From the NCBI GenBank assembly GCA_037441525.1, contig JBBISA010000001.1, positions 251,520 through 315,519 on the forward strand: a stretch of 64,000 nucleotides of DNA, given 5' to 3'. A program made the position numbers and the translations under genes. This document shows positions 29,107-38,637 of the stretch, piece by piece (position 1 is the stretch's first letter; every line of letters starts with the position of its first letter). The notes under the pieces are model-generated. The model was given only the letters and a program-made list of their open reading frames with translations, had not been told where the DNA came from and did no database searches. Source of the DNA: Bacteroidota bacterium (GTDB lineage Bacteria > Bacteroidota > Bacteroidia > Bacteroidales > UBA7960).

Positions 29107-31467
29107 ATGCAAAACCTTACAAATCGAGATTATGCATCGCATTACACAATAATTGTGGTTGAGGATGATGTAGCCCTCAACACGCTAATTCAAAAGACCT
29201 TACAACGAAATAATTATCAAACCAAGGGTTTTTATACCGGCCAGGAATCTATTGAATGGCTCAAAGAAAATATTGGCCCCGATATTCTTTTGCTTCTCGA
29301 CTATCAATTGTATGAAATGAGCGGCGAACAGGTGATAAAGATTTTGCGAAAAGACAATATTGATATCCCTTTTGTAATTATTACCGGACATGGCGATGAA
29401 AAAACCGCCGTTGAAATGATGAAATTGGGTGCTTTGGATTATATGGTAAAAGACAGCAATTTTATTGATCTTCTGCCAACCATCATAAAGCAGGTTATCA
29501 ATCATATTGATATTGAAAACAAACTTTATGAATCGCAAATTGCTCTGAAAAGGAGTGAAGAAAAGTATCGGAGTATTTTTGAAAACATTCAGGATGTTTA
29601 TTTTGAGGTATCATTAAAAGGTGAAGTACTTGAAATTTCACCATCGGTTGAGAATATGCTTTCCCTCAGGAAGGAAGATATTCTTAATCAACCATTGTTT
29701 AGTGATAAGCACGAAGAAACAGTGTTTCTAAACCTGATTAAGGAAAAGGGAGTTATTTCTGATTATGAAATTTTTTTGAGAAAAGAAAATGGTCAGAAAT
29801 TACCGGCATCGTTTACCTGCAAATATATTTATGACCAACAGGGATTGCCAAAAAAGATAATTGGTACCATAAGAAACATTACCGAGCGCAAACAAGCTGA
29901 AGAAGTTATAAGGCACAGTGAAGAACGTTATCGTATTCTTGCCGAAAACTCAAGCGATATGATTTCGAAACATAACTGGGATCGCACCTATCTTTATGTA
30001 TCTCCGGCTTGTTCAAAGCTACTGGGTTATATTCCCTCCGATCTTACCGGAAGGTCGGCCTATCAGCTTATACATCCTGATGATGTAGAGAATATAAGGA
30101 AAAATCATATTCTTTTGCTCGAAAACAGAACCAACTCGTTTATTGAAAGCTACCGAATCAAGAAAAAAGATGGGTCGTATATCTGGTTCGAAACCAATAA
30201 CCAGGTAATATATAACCAAAACACCAATCTGGTTCAGGAAATTGTATGTGTGTCGCGCGATATTACCGAGAGAAAAGAAAAGGAAGAATTGCTAAAAGCA
30301 AAAGAAGTTGCAGAACGGGCCAACAAGGCAAAATCTGAATTTCTGGCCAATATGAGTCATGAAATCCGCAACCCACTTAATGCCATAATTGGAATGACCA
30401 ATACGCTGGGCAAATCACCACTAAACCAAGATCAGAAACAATACCTGAACTCAATCTCGGTATCATCAACCAATTTATTGAGTATTCTTAATGATATACT
30501 CGATTTTTCGAAAATTGAAGCCAATAAGGTAGACCTTGTATTTGCAAGCTTTAAGTTGGATGAACTTATCGAAAATGTTGTAAACGCATTTGTACCACAG
30601 GCACTTGCCAAGAATGTTGAGTTAAAGCATACACTTTTTGCCGATATACCCAATCACCTGTATGGCGATGAAAAAAAGATTGTACAAATACTTAACAATC
30701 TTATAAGTAACGCTATCAAATTTACAAATAGCGGAACAGTTGAACTGATTGTAAGATACACCCGATTGAAGTCAGACACTGCTATCGTTAAGTTTAGGGT
30801 TATAGATACCGGCATTGGGGTAAAGCAGGAAGATATCCCAAAAATGTTTGAATCATTCAGACAATTGGATATTTCGGCAAAAAAGGAATACCAGGGAACA
30901 GGTCTCGGACTTAGTATTGTGAAAAGTCTGGTAGAAATGATGAATGGTAAAGTATCTTTCGAAAGCGAGGTAGGCAAAGGAAGTGTTGTGTGCTTCGAAA
31001 TACCTTTGATTGTATCGGTTTCGGGTGAAGTTAATGATAATAGACCCAACGCTGATTCCCAAAACAACACCGATAAGACATCGGAGAGAAAAATAAAGAT
31101 ACTGATTGCCGAAGACGATGCCATAAACCAACTTTACCTTGCAGGTTTTCTAAAATCACAGGGATGGTTGGTTGACACCGCATCGAACGGGCTGATAGCT
31201 CTCGAAAAATTCCAGAATGGCAAGTATGATATTATATTAATGGATGGCCAAATGCCCAAAATGGATGGGTTTGAAACCACTAAAAGGATTCGGGAACAGG
31301 AACAGCAAAATGGCTCGTCATCACATATTCCCATTATAGCCATTACAGGATACGCCATCCCAGGCGATCGTGAACGCTTTTTGGGTGCCGGAATGGATGA
31401 TTACGTTTCCAAGCCTATTAATGAGAATAAATTGCTTGATATCATCCATGAATTGGTTGCAGTTTAA
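29107..31467 (+). CDS. Hybrid sensor histidine kinase (REC-PAS-PAS-HisKA-HATPase-REC)
   Basis: 786 aa. The N-terminal REC has LLLLDYQL and GDEKTAVEMMKLGALDY. H-box MSHEIRNPLNAI, N-box ISNAIKFT, DTGIGV and GTGLGLSIVK. The C-terminal REC has ILMDGQMPKMDG. Confidence 0.9.
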   Translation: MQNLTNRDYASHYTIIVVEDDVALNTLIQKTLQRNNYQTKGFYTGQESIEWLKENIGPDILLLLDYQLYEMSGEQVIKILRKDNIDIPFVIITGHGDEKTAVEMMKLGALDYMVKDSNFIDLLPTIIKQVINHIDIENKLYESQIALKRSEEKYRSIFENIQDVYFEVSLKGEVLEISPSVENMLSLRKEDILNQPLFSDKHEETVFLNLIKEKGVISDYEIFLRKENGQKLPASFTCKYIYDQQGLPKKIIGTIRNITERKQAEEVIRHSEERYRILAENSSDMISKHNWDRTYLYVSPACSKLLGYIPSDLTGRSAYQLIHPDDVENIRKNHILLLENRTNSFIESYRIKKKDGSYIWFETNNQVIYNQNTNLVQEIVCVSRDITERKEKEELLKAKEVAERANKAKSEFLANMSHEIRNPLNAIIGMTNTLGKSPLNQDQKQYLNSISVSSTNLLSILNDILDFSKIEANKVDLVFASFKLDELIENVVNAFVPQALAKNVELKHTLFADIPNHLYGDEKKIVQILNNLISNAIKFTNSGTVELIVRYTRLKSDTAIVKFRVIDTGIGVKQEDIPKMFESFRQLDISAKKEYQGTGLGLSIVKSLVEMMNGKVSFESEVGKGSVVCFEIPLIVSVSGEVNDNRPNADSQNNTDKTSERKIKILIAEDDAINQLYLAGFLKSQGWLVDTASNGLIALEKFQNGKYDIILMDGQMPKMDGFETTKRIREQEQQNGSSSHIPIIAITGYAIPGDRERFLGAGMDDYVSKPINENKLLDIIHELVAV

Positions 31468-31623
31468 CCCATAGAGGTAAATTTATACTTTCCATTTTAA
31501 TTTTTTTAATTTTTAAGGAAAATTGATTTCAATCTGAACTTAATTTTCCAATTTATCTTCAAATATTGTTATAATTTAGCGCCAAAGGAAACAAAATTAT
31601 AAGATGGCAATAATAGTATAGTT

Positions 31624-32643
31624 ATGGAAAAAATTGATTGGGAAAAACTACCTTTCGGTTACTTTAATACCGACTACAACGTAAGATGTTATTACCGTGA
31701 TGGGAAATGGGGCGAAATTGAAGTTTCATCCTCAGAATACGTAAATATCCACATGGCTGCAACTTGCCTTCATTATGGACAGGAAGCATTTGAAGGAATG
31801 AAAGCATACCGTGGCAAAGACAACCGTATACGTTTGTTCAGATGGGCAGATAATGCAGAGCGTTTAAGGGATTCAGCAAAAGGTATTCTAATGGCACAGG
31901 TACCTGATGAGTTGTTTTACAATATGGTAACCAAAGTGGTGTTACTCAATGCCCGTTTTGTGCCACCCCATGGTTTTGGCGCATCACTTTATATACGTCC
32001 GTTGCTGGTAGGAACAGGTGTGCAGGTGGGAGTAAATCCGGCAAAAGAATACATGTTTCTGGTATTTGTTGGTCCGGTTGGTCCTTATTTTAAGGAAGGT
32101 TTTAACCCAGTTACCATGCAAATCGTTCACGATATTGATCGTGCAGCCCCACTTGGAACCGGTAACATAAAGGTAGGCGGCAATTATGCTGGTAGTTTAA
32201 GGGCTTCTGAAAGGGCAAAGGCCGAAGGTTTCGCGGCAGTATTGTTCCTTGAAGCAAAAGAAAAGAAATATATTGATGAGGCTGGCCCCGCCAATTTCTT
32301 CGCCATTAAAAGGAATAAATACATAACACCAAAATCAGACTCTATCCTTCCTTCAATTACCAATAAAAGCCTGATGCAACTTTCCCAGGATATTGGGCTT
32401 GAAGTTGAACGCAGGCCTGTTGCAATTGAAGAACTTGCAGAATTTGATGAAGTGGGAGCCTGCGGAACAGCTGCCATTATCTCACCCATAAAAAAAATAG
32501 TAGACAGAGAAACAGGTAAAGTTTTTGAATTTTGTAAAGATGGGAAAGCTGGTCCGGTTTCAGAAAAGCTATACAAAAAACTGCAGGCAATTCAATATGG
32601 CGATGAACCAGACCCCCACAATTGGGTTACAATTATTGACTGA
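31624..32643 (+). CDS. ilvE: Branched-chain amino acid aminotransferase
   Basis: 339 aa, fold-type IV aminotransferase pattern: EAFEGMKAYRG, SLYIRPL, GNIKVGGNYAGSL and ACGTAA. Confidence 0.88.
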   Translation: MEKIDWEKLPFGYFNTDYNVRCYYRDGKWGEIEVSSSEYVNIHMAATCLHYGQEAFEGMKAYRGKDNRIRLFRWADNAERLRDSAKGILMAQVPDELFYNMVTKVVLLNARFVPPHGFGASLYIRPLLVGTGVQVGVNPAKEYMFLVFVGPVGPYFKEGFNPVTMQIVHDIDRAAPLGTGNIKVGGNYAGSLRASERAKAEGFAAVLFLEAKEKKYIDEAGPANFFAIKRNKYITPKSDSILPSITNKSLMQLSQDIGLEVERRPVAIEELAEFDEVGACGTAAIISPIKKIVDRETGKVFEFCKDGKAGPVSEKLYKKLQAIQYGDEPDPHNWVTIID

Positions 32644-32668
32644 TAAGTTTAATTTTAAATTTACAGCT

Positions 32669-32700
32669 AAAGACAGGTTTCAACCTGTCTTTACTTTTTT
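32669..32700 (+). terminator. Rho-independent terminator after ilvE
   Basis: Stem AAAGACAGG (32669-32677) / CCTGTCTTT (32684-32692), then ACTTTTTT. It abuts the 3' end of convergent pyrF. Confidence 0.75.
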
Positions 32701-33529
32701 ATAGTATCCCCTTTTCTATCATTAGCGCTTCCATTTTGCTCTGCAAAGCCCTGGCTTCGAGGGCAGCAGCCAGGGCGAAATCCTGACCGCCAGATGCATA
32801 AATTATACTACGAGATGCGTTTACCAACAATCCACATTCCGGGTTCATTCCATATTGAACAACATCCTTAAGGCTACCCCCCTGAGCACCAACACCGGGG
32901 ACAAGTAAAAAATGATCGGGTGCGATTTCCCGAATATCAGCAATCAGTTCACCGCGGGTGGCTCCTACAACAAACATTATACGATTGCCGGACGGCATCC
33001 CGATACACTTTTTCACTATTTCCTTGAATAATCTTGTGCCCTGCCTGGTTTCGAGTTGTTGAAAGTCTGATGATCCAGGGTTGCTGGTTAGGGCCAGTAC
33101 CACAGCCCATTTATCCTTATATTTCAGAAAGGGCTCTATTGTATCTACTCCCATATACGGACTTAGGGTAACTGCATCAAATTGTAAGCAATGAAAAAAT
33201 GCTCTGGCATAATTATCGGCAGTGTTTCCAATATCGCCCCGTTTGGCATCGGCAATTGTAAATATCTCCCCTGAAAAATTCCCGAGATATTCCATGGTTT
33301 TTTCGAGGCTTATCATTCCCTTGCTACCCTTAGCCTCATAAAAAGCAAGATTAGGCTTAAAAGCTACGGCATAGGGCAAAGTAGCATCAATAATGGCTTT
33401 ATTGAATTGAAATACCGGATCGGAAGTATGTTTTAAATGTTCGGGGATTTTGTTTTGGTCAGTGTCGAGCCCCACGCACAAAAACGACCTTTTGGTTTTG
33501 ATAATTTCAACTATTTGTTTTTTATCCAT
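32699..33529 (-). CDS. pyrF: Orotidine 5'-phosphate decarboxylase (long, type 2 form)
   Basis: 276 aa. Motifs FLCVGLDTD and ADAKRGDIGNT. Confidence 0.88.
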   Translation of the reverse strand: MDKKQIVEIIKTKRSFLCVGLDTDQNKIPEHLKHTSDPVFQFNKAIIDATLPYAVAFKPNLAFYEAKGSKGMISLEKTMEYLGNFSGEIFTIADAKRGDIGNTADNYARAFFHCLQFDAVTLSPYMGVDTIEPFLKYKDKWAVVLALTSNPGSSDFQQLETRQGTRLFKEIVKKCIGMPSGNRIMFVVGATRGELIADIREIAPDHFLLVPGVGAQGGSLKDVVQYGMNPECGLLVNASRSIIYASGGQDFALAAALEARALQSKMEALMIEKGIL

Positions 33530-33544
33530 AGCCCGGAATGTTGA

Positions 33545-34618
33545 TTAAGCTACACCTTCCTTTAGTTTTTCGGCATTTTCAGCCACTTTAAGAGCGTCGA
33601 TGATTTCTTCTATTTCCCCGTCCATAATTACAGAAAGGTTATACAGGGTAAGGCCTATGCGATGGTCGGTAACACGTCCCTGGGGGTAGTTATAGGTGCG
33701 GATTTTGGCTGAACGGTCGCCGGTTGAAACCATGGTTTTTCTTTTGGACGCTATTTCGTCGAGATACTTTTTATACTCCATGTCAAACAAGCGGGTACGA
33801 AGAACCTTCATCGCCTTTTCCAGGTTTTTGATCTGCGATTTCTGGTCCTGGCAGGTAACTACCAAACCAGTTGGGATGTGTGTTAAACGAACAGCGGAAT
33901 AGGTTGTATTAACTGACTGGCCGCCAGGACCTGATGAGCAATAGGTATCTTTGCGAATGTCGCTGGGTTTTAAGTCAATATCAAACTCATCGGCTTCGGG
34001 TAGCACGGCCACCGTAGCGGCAGAGGTGTGCACACGCCCCTGTGTTTCGGTTTGGGGTACACGTTGAACCCTATGTACTCCTGATTCATATTTCAAAGTT
34101 CCGTAAACCCTGTCGCCCGATACATTGGCAACTATTTCCTTGAAACCGCCTGATGTTCCATCATTTACATCAACAATTTCCATTTTCCAACCTTTTTTCT
34201 CGCAATACTTGGTGTACATCCGGAACAGATCGCCGGCAAAAATAGCTGCCTCATCCCCGCCTGTGCCGGCTCGAATTTCAAGGATGGCATTCTTACTATC
34301 CTGAGGGTCTGAAGGTACCAGAAGAATTTTAATTTCTTCCTCAAGTTCTTCTTCCCTGGTTGTAAGTTCTTCAAGTTCGGCTTTTGCCATTTCTCTGAAA
34401 TCTTCATCCTTTTCGTTGGCAAGAATTTCCTTTGACGAACGAATATTATCAACTACGTTTTTGTATTGTTTATAAACACCTACAATCTCTTCCAGGTCCT
34501 TGTATTCCTTGTTGAGTTGAATGTATCGTTTCATATCGGCCATAATACCAGGATCGGTAATTAACTGAGCCACTTCCTTGAACCGGTTGTGTATTGCTTC
34601 GAGCTTTTCGAGTAACAT
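33545..34618 (-). CDS. prfA: Peptide chain release factor 1
   Basis: 357 aa. GGQ motif [10 protein letters not shown] and the RF1-type tripeptide region [10 protein letters not shown]. The frame is uninterrupted. Confidence 0.95.
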   Translation of the reverse strand: MLLEKLEAIHNRFKEVAQLITDPGIMADMKRYIQLNKEYKDLEEIVGVYKQYKNVVDNIRSSKEILANEKDEDFREMAKAELEELTTREEELEEEIKILLVPSDPQDSKNAILEIRAGTGGDEAAIFAGDLFRMYTKYCEKKGWKMEIVDVNDGTSGGFKEIVANVSGDRVYGTLKYESGVHRVQRVPQTETQGRVHTSAATVAVLPEADEFDIDLKPSDIRKDTYCSSGPGGQSVNTTYSAVRLTHIPTGLVVTCQDQKSQIKNLEKAMKVLRTRLFDMEYKKYLDEIASKRKTMVSTGDRSAKIRTYNYPQGRVTDHRIGLTLYNLSVIMDGEIEEIIDALKVAENAEKLKEGVA

Positions 34619-34720
34619 ATTATTCTGATCTTAAATCGGTTATTTAATACCTGCAATGAAAAATTAACATTTTCCGGGCTGCCGTGAAAACGTGGGCAAA
34701 ATTACTAAAAAACAGTGGTT

Positions 34721-35911
34721 TTACAATTTGTAAGTAAACGTGCCTGCGGGCGATTCAATGGTTAGTTTATTTTCAGTTGCACGCTGGCAATAGCCAATGA
34801 TAAGGGCATCGACCCCAAAGGACTGGCTTATTTCAATGATATCAGGAGCAATTTCTTCGTTGATATAAAGTTCCATGCGGTGACCCATATTAAAAACCTG
34901 ATACATTTCGTGCCACGAAGTTTTAGATTCTTTCTGAATGAGTTCAAAAAGAGGCGGTATGGGAAATAAGTTGTTTTTTATAACATGAAGACTATCAATA
35001 AACTTTAAAACTTTGGTTTGTGCACCGCCACTGTTGTGAATAATACCGTGTATCTGGGGTCTGTAATTGTCAAGAATTTCCTTAATTATCGGGGCATAGG
35101 TTCGTGTTGGAGACAGAACCAGTTTTCCGGCGTTTACACCAAAGGCATTTTCAATTTTTTCGGTAAGTTGTCGAGATCCCAGATAAATCATCTCATCAGG
35201 CAAACCATTGTCAAAACTTTCGGGAAATTTGTCGGCATACTTCCGTGAAAAAACATCATGACGGGCAGATGTAAGGCCATTGCTGCCCATTCCACCATTG
35301 TAATCATCTTCATATACCGCATTACCAAACGAGGCCAGACCTACAATAACATCATTAGCTTTGATTTTCTCATTTGTGATGATTTCAGACCGGGAGACCC
35401 TTGCAGTTACGGTTGAATCAACAATGATGGTTCGCACAAGATCGCCAACATCTGCAGTTTCGCCACCGGTAGACCAAATTGTTATCCCATACTTGCGCAT
35501 TTTCTCCAGAAACTCTTCGGTACCTTCAATAATGGTCTTGATTACTTCGCCGGGAACCAGACGTTTATTTCTTCCAATGGTTGATGAAAGCAGTATATTT
35601 CGGGTAATTCCCACACAGAGCAGATCGTCGAGGTTCATTACTACAGCATCTTGTGCAATGCCTTTCCAAACAGAAAGATCTCCTGTTTCGCGCCAGTACA
35701 TATAGGCCAGGGACGATTTTGTACCGGCGCCATCGGCATGCATTACATTGCACCACGCGGCATCGCCACCCAGTATATCGGGCACCACCTTGCAGAATGC
35801 TTTGGGAAATATCCCTTTATCAATATTTTTAATGGCATTGTGTACATCTTCTTTCGATGCTGAAACCCCTCTTCTGGCATAGTTTCCCTGCTGTTCGTTC
35901 AATTCGCTCAT
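34721..35911 (-). CDS. purM: Phosphoribosylformylglycinamidine cyclo-ligase (AIR synthase)
   Basis: AIR-synthase N-terminal motif MHADGAGTKS with a PurM-like C-terminal domain. The probable start is ATG 35911 (MSELNEQQG...). The listed ORF extends to 35953 and would overlap the upstream gene. Confidence 0.85.
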   Translation of the reverse strand: MSELNEQQGNYARRGVSASKEDVHNAIKNIDKGIFPKAFCKVVPDILGGDAAWCNVMHADGAGTKSSLAYMYWRETGDLSVWKGIAQDAVVMNLDDLLCVGITRNILLSSTIGRNKRLVPGEVIKTIIEGTEEFLEKMRKYGITIWSTGGETADVGDLVRTIIVDSTVTARVSRSEIITNEKIKANDVIVGLASFGNAVYEDDYNGGMGSNGLTSARHDVFSRKYADKFPESFDNGLPDEMIYLGSRQLTEKIENAFGVNAGKLVLSPTRTYAPIIKEILDNYRPQIHGIIHNSGGAQTKVLKFIDSLHVIKNNLFPIPPLFELIQKESKTSWHEMYQVFNMGHRMELYINEEIAPDIIEISQSFGVDALIIGYCQRATENKLTIESPAGTFTYKL

Positions 35912-35930
35912 TGTTGTTTGTTTGCTTCTG

Positions 35931-37949
35931 TTATTTTCGTTGTCGTTCATCAAACATATCCGAAATCACTCTGAATTCGGTTCGTCGGTTGAGCTGATGT
36001 GCAACATCGCGGTGTTGTTCGGAAGGTAATGCATTGATATATTGTTCTGAAAGAACGGTTCCAGCTGTGAAAGTGAACCCCAGCCTTACAATGGTTTTTT
36101 CAATTACTCTTGGAACTCTTTTTCCATAGCCTCGGGCAACCAAACGGCGGCTGTCGATACTATTGGCAATCAAATATTCAACAACCGACTGCGCACGACG
36201 CTGAGAAAGAGTGTCGTTTACCGCATCGCTACCACGACTGTCGGTATGCGATTGAAGCTCAATTATCAATCCGGGATTGTCTTTAAGAGTATTAATGAGA
36301 CCGTTGAGAGAGTCACGATATTGGGGCAAAAGTTCCCATCTTCCGAAATCATAGAGAATTTCGGGCAGCATGATGGGTTTCTCAGGAATTGCCGCAAGAT
36401 AGAAATCATAGACGAAGTCGCGACTTCTCACAATACCTACCGTTGTTTCCTGCCCCCGGGCATTGAAAAACTTTTCCTTACTTACAAGAATATCGTAGCT
36501 TGTGTTGCTTTTTATACGGGTATTATCGAAACGGTAAACACCAGTATTTGATGTTTCGGTTTGAGTAAAAGTACCATCAGAACCTACCAGTTGAACCTGA
36601 ACTCCTGGCAATACAACCTTTGTACTGTCGTCGCGTACGGTGCCCTGCAAGGTAAACTCAACCGGGGCAAGGTTAAACGAATAAATTGCATCACCCCTGG
36701 CGCCCCTTTCAACCCGACTTGATGTAAAAAAGCCTGAATTGGCCCCTTTCCTGAAGGTAATGCCAAAGTCGTCGCCGGCACTATTTATTGGAGTTCCAAT
36801 ATTTTCTGGTTGGGACCATGAATCGCGATTTGGTTTTGAGAAGAAAATATCCAATCCGCCCAAACCAGGGTGTCCGTTTGATGAGAAATAAAGTGCTCCA
36901 TCCTCCCGAATATGGGGAAACATTTCATCGCCGGGCGTATTAATCACCGAACCAAGGTTGCGAATATCTTTAAATTCACCGTTTGGCGATCCCCTTTCGG
37001 CATACCAGATATCCCTGCCGCCCTGACCACCAGGCATATCTGAAACAAAGTACAATCGCATATCATCAATGCTTATAGCAGGATGCCCAACAGATATGAT
37101 GCTATCGGCTGCCAGTTTTATTTCCACCGGATCGCCCCATTCGGCTCCCTTCCTTTCTGATGCATAAATCCTGCAACCCAGATTTGCATTTGGTACCGAC
37201 TGGCACCGGGTAAAATAGAGCACGGTACCGGTTGAATTCACTGAAGGTGCTCCTTCATTAAACTCGGTGTTTACAGGTCCTTCATCTAATAGCGATGGGT
37301 TGCTCCATACCCCCTTGCGATCGAGAAAAGATACGAACAAGGATGTATGTTTCTGGCCTGTCCAGGGGTCTTTCTTTGATCCCATTGCACCATCGCGCGA
37401 TGAAGCAAAAATCAGAATACTGTTTCTGCTATCGCCAAAGGCAGGGGTAAAATCATTGTTCCGGGAGTTGAAAACCCTTTCCAGATTCACTTCATATAAT
37501 CCCGGGTTATCGCGGAGAAATTGCGAAGCTTCAATGGTTTTTATTCCCCATGCCCCCCGCCAGTCGTCGGGGACTTTTTCACTGTAAATTTTAAACTGTG
37601 CAAGGGCATCTTCATACTTTTCGTTTTGCATCAATACCTCGGCGAGATAGAAAATAGCAATCGGGTCGGGATAATTACCCCTGATGGCACGTCTTAAAAA
37701 AGTTTCGGCCCGGCGTGGTTCGTTAAGGAACTTATAGCATAATCCTGTTTGAAAAAGAATACGTGTAGCTTCGCGTTTATCTTTGCGTTGCGCTTTTTTG
37801 TAAGCCTTTTTATAATGCTCGAGTGCTGCGCTGTATTGTTTCATTTTAAAGGCATTGTCGGCCTTTATGGTTCGGCGGTTCTGACTATATATTTCTGATG
37901 AGAATAAAAGGAAAAATAGCGGGATAAAAAGGAAGAAAATGTTCTTCAT
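35931..37949 (-). CDS. OmpA-family outer-membrane/peptidoglycan-associated protein with TPR and beta-propeller-like regions
   Basis: 672 aa with a signal peptide, N-terminal TPR-like helices and repeated WD40-like TolB-type strands. The C-terminal OmpA motif is SHTDSRGSDAVNDTLSQRRAQSVVEYL. Confidence 0.85.
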   Translation of the reverse strand: MKNIFFLFIPLFFLLFSSEIYSQNRRTIKADNAFKMKQYSAALEHYKKAYKKAQRKDKREATRILFQTGLCYKFLNEPRRAETFLRRAIRGNYPDPIAIFYLAEVLMQNEKYEDALAQFKIYSEKVPDDWRGAWGIKTIEASQFLRDNPGLYEVNLERVFNSRNNDFTPAFGDSRNSILIFASSRDGAMGSKKDPWTGQKHTSLFVSFLDRKGVWSNPSLLDEGPVNTEFNEGAPSVNSTGTVLYFTRCQSVPNANLGCRIYASERKGAEWGDPVEIKLAADSIISVGHPAISIDDMRLYFVSDMPGGQGGRDIWYAERGSPNGEFKDIRNLGSVINTPGDEMFPHIREDGALYFSSNGHPGLGGLDIFFSKPNRDSWSQPENIGTPINSAGDDFGITFRKGANSGFFTSSRVERGARGDAIYSFNLAPVEFTLQGTVRDDSTKVVLPGVQVQLVGSDGTFTQTETSNTGVYRFDNTRIKSNTSYDILVSKEKFFNARGQETTVGIVRSRDFVYDFYLAAIPEKPIMLPEILYDFGRWELLPQYRDSLNGLINTLKDNPGLIIELQSHTDSRGSDAVNDTLSQRRAQSVVEYLIANSIDSRRLVARGYGKRVPRVIEKTIVRLGFTFTAGTVLSEQYINALPSEQHRDVAHQLNRRTEFRVISDMFDERQRK

Positions 37950-38077
37950 TGTGTATTTGGGAGATCGTTAAAGTTTGATTTAAATCATCGCCGGTTTTTT
38001 TAATCACCGGTTTACCCATAAACGGCAGGATATTATTAAAATTGTAATAAATCTTATTCAGAATATCTAATTACTAA

Positions 38078-38509
38078 TCACCTTTTATCAGCACTATCAG
38101 CAGAATTCATTGCTTCTGTATTGCGCTCACCTTCATCGTTTTCATTCACAGATGTAGTTTTTGTTTCGTTACTCTCATTTGCAGATGTTTTTGTTTCATC
38201 CGACGGGTATGATTCGGGTGGTGTTGATGGGTAATAATCGTAACCGTAAGGGTCGCTGGGCCCTTTGCTGTATTGTTCAATCTCATTGGTTACCTGTTTG
38301 GCTGGTTTTTCAAGCTCTTCAGAATACTTATTGATTTCGGCATTAATGTCGCGCTGAACTTTTTTTACTTCATTAATGGCTTTCCCGACGGTGCGGGCAA
38401 TTTCAGGTATTTTCTTGGGCCCGAAAAGGATTAACACCAGCAACAGAATTAACAGTATTTCGCCACCACTAACACCAAACAATAATACTAAGGTCACAAG
38501 AGTATTCAT
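38078..38509 (-). CDS. tatA: Twin-arginine translocase TatA/TatE-family protein with a long acidic tail
   Basis: TM helix plus amphipathic helix, LILFGPKKIPEIARTVGKAINEVKK. The probable start is ATG 38509 (MNTLV...). The C-terminal ~70 aa is rich in E/S/T/N. Confidence 0.85.
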   Translation of the reverse strand: MNTLVTLVLLFGVSGGEILLILLLVLILFGPKKIPEIARTVGKAINEVKKVQRDINAEINKYSEELEKPAKQVTNEIEQYSKGPSDPYGYDYYPSTPPESYPSDETKTSANESNETKTTSVNENDEGERNTEAMNSADSADKR

Positions 38510-38572
38510 AACGAAAAAATAAATGACAAATTTAAAACAAACCAAGGAATTAACCCTGTTGCGACTTGTTTT

Positions 38573-38620
38573 TTGCCAAAATAAAACTGCAAAGGCCGCT
38601 TTTCTTGAGCGGCCTTGCAG
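38573..38620 (-). terminator. Rho-independent terminator after secDF
   Basis: The minus strand reads CTGCAAGGCCGC-TCAAGAAAA-GCGGCCTTTGCAG, followed by TTTTATTTT. Confidence 0.8.
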
Positions 38621-38637
38621 TTGAGTTGGTTATATTA

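Noticed and set aside
30654-31124. 156-aa and 92-aa minus-strand ORFs antisense to the hybrid kinase
   Set aside because: They overlap the HATPase/REC coding region, whose motifs are unambiguous on the plus strand. The antisense translations are Ser/Leu/Ile-rich with no start context.
33545-34618. Possible programmed frameshift in a release factor gene
   Set aside because: The gene is RF1 (prfA, PxT-type tripeptide), not RF2, and its frame is continuous.
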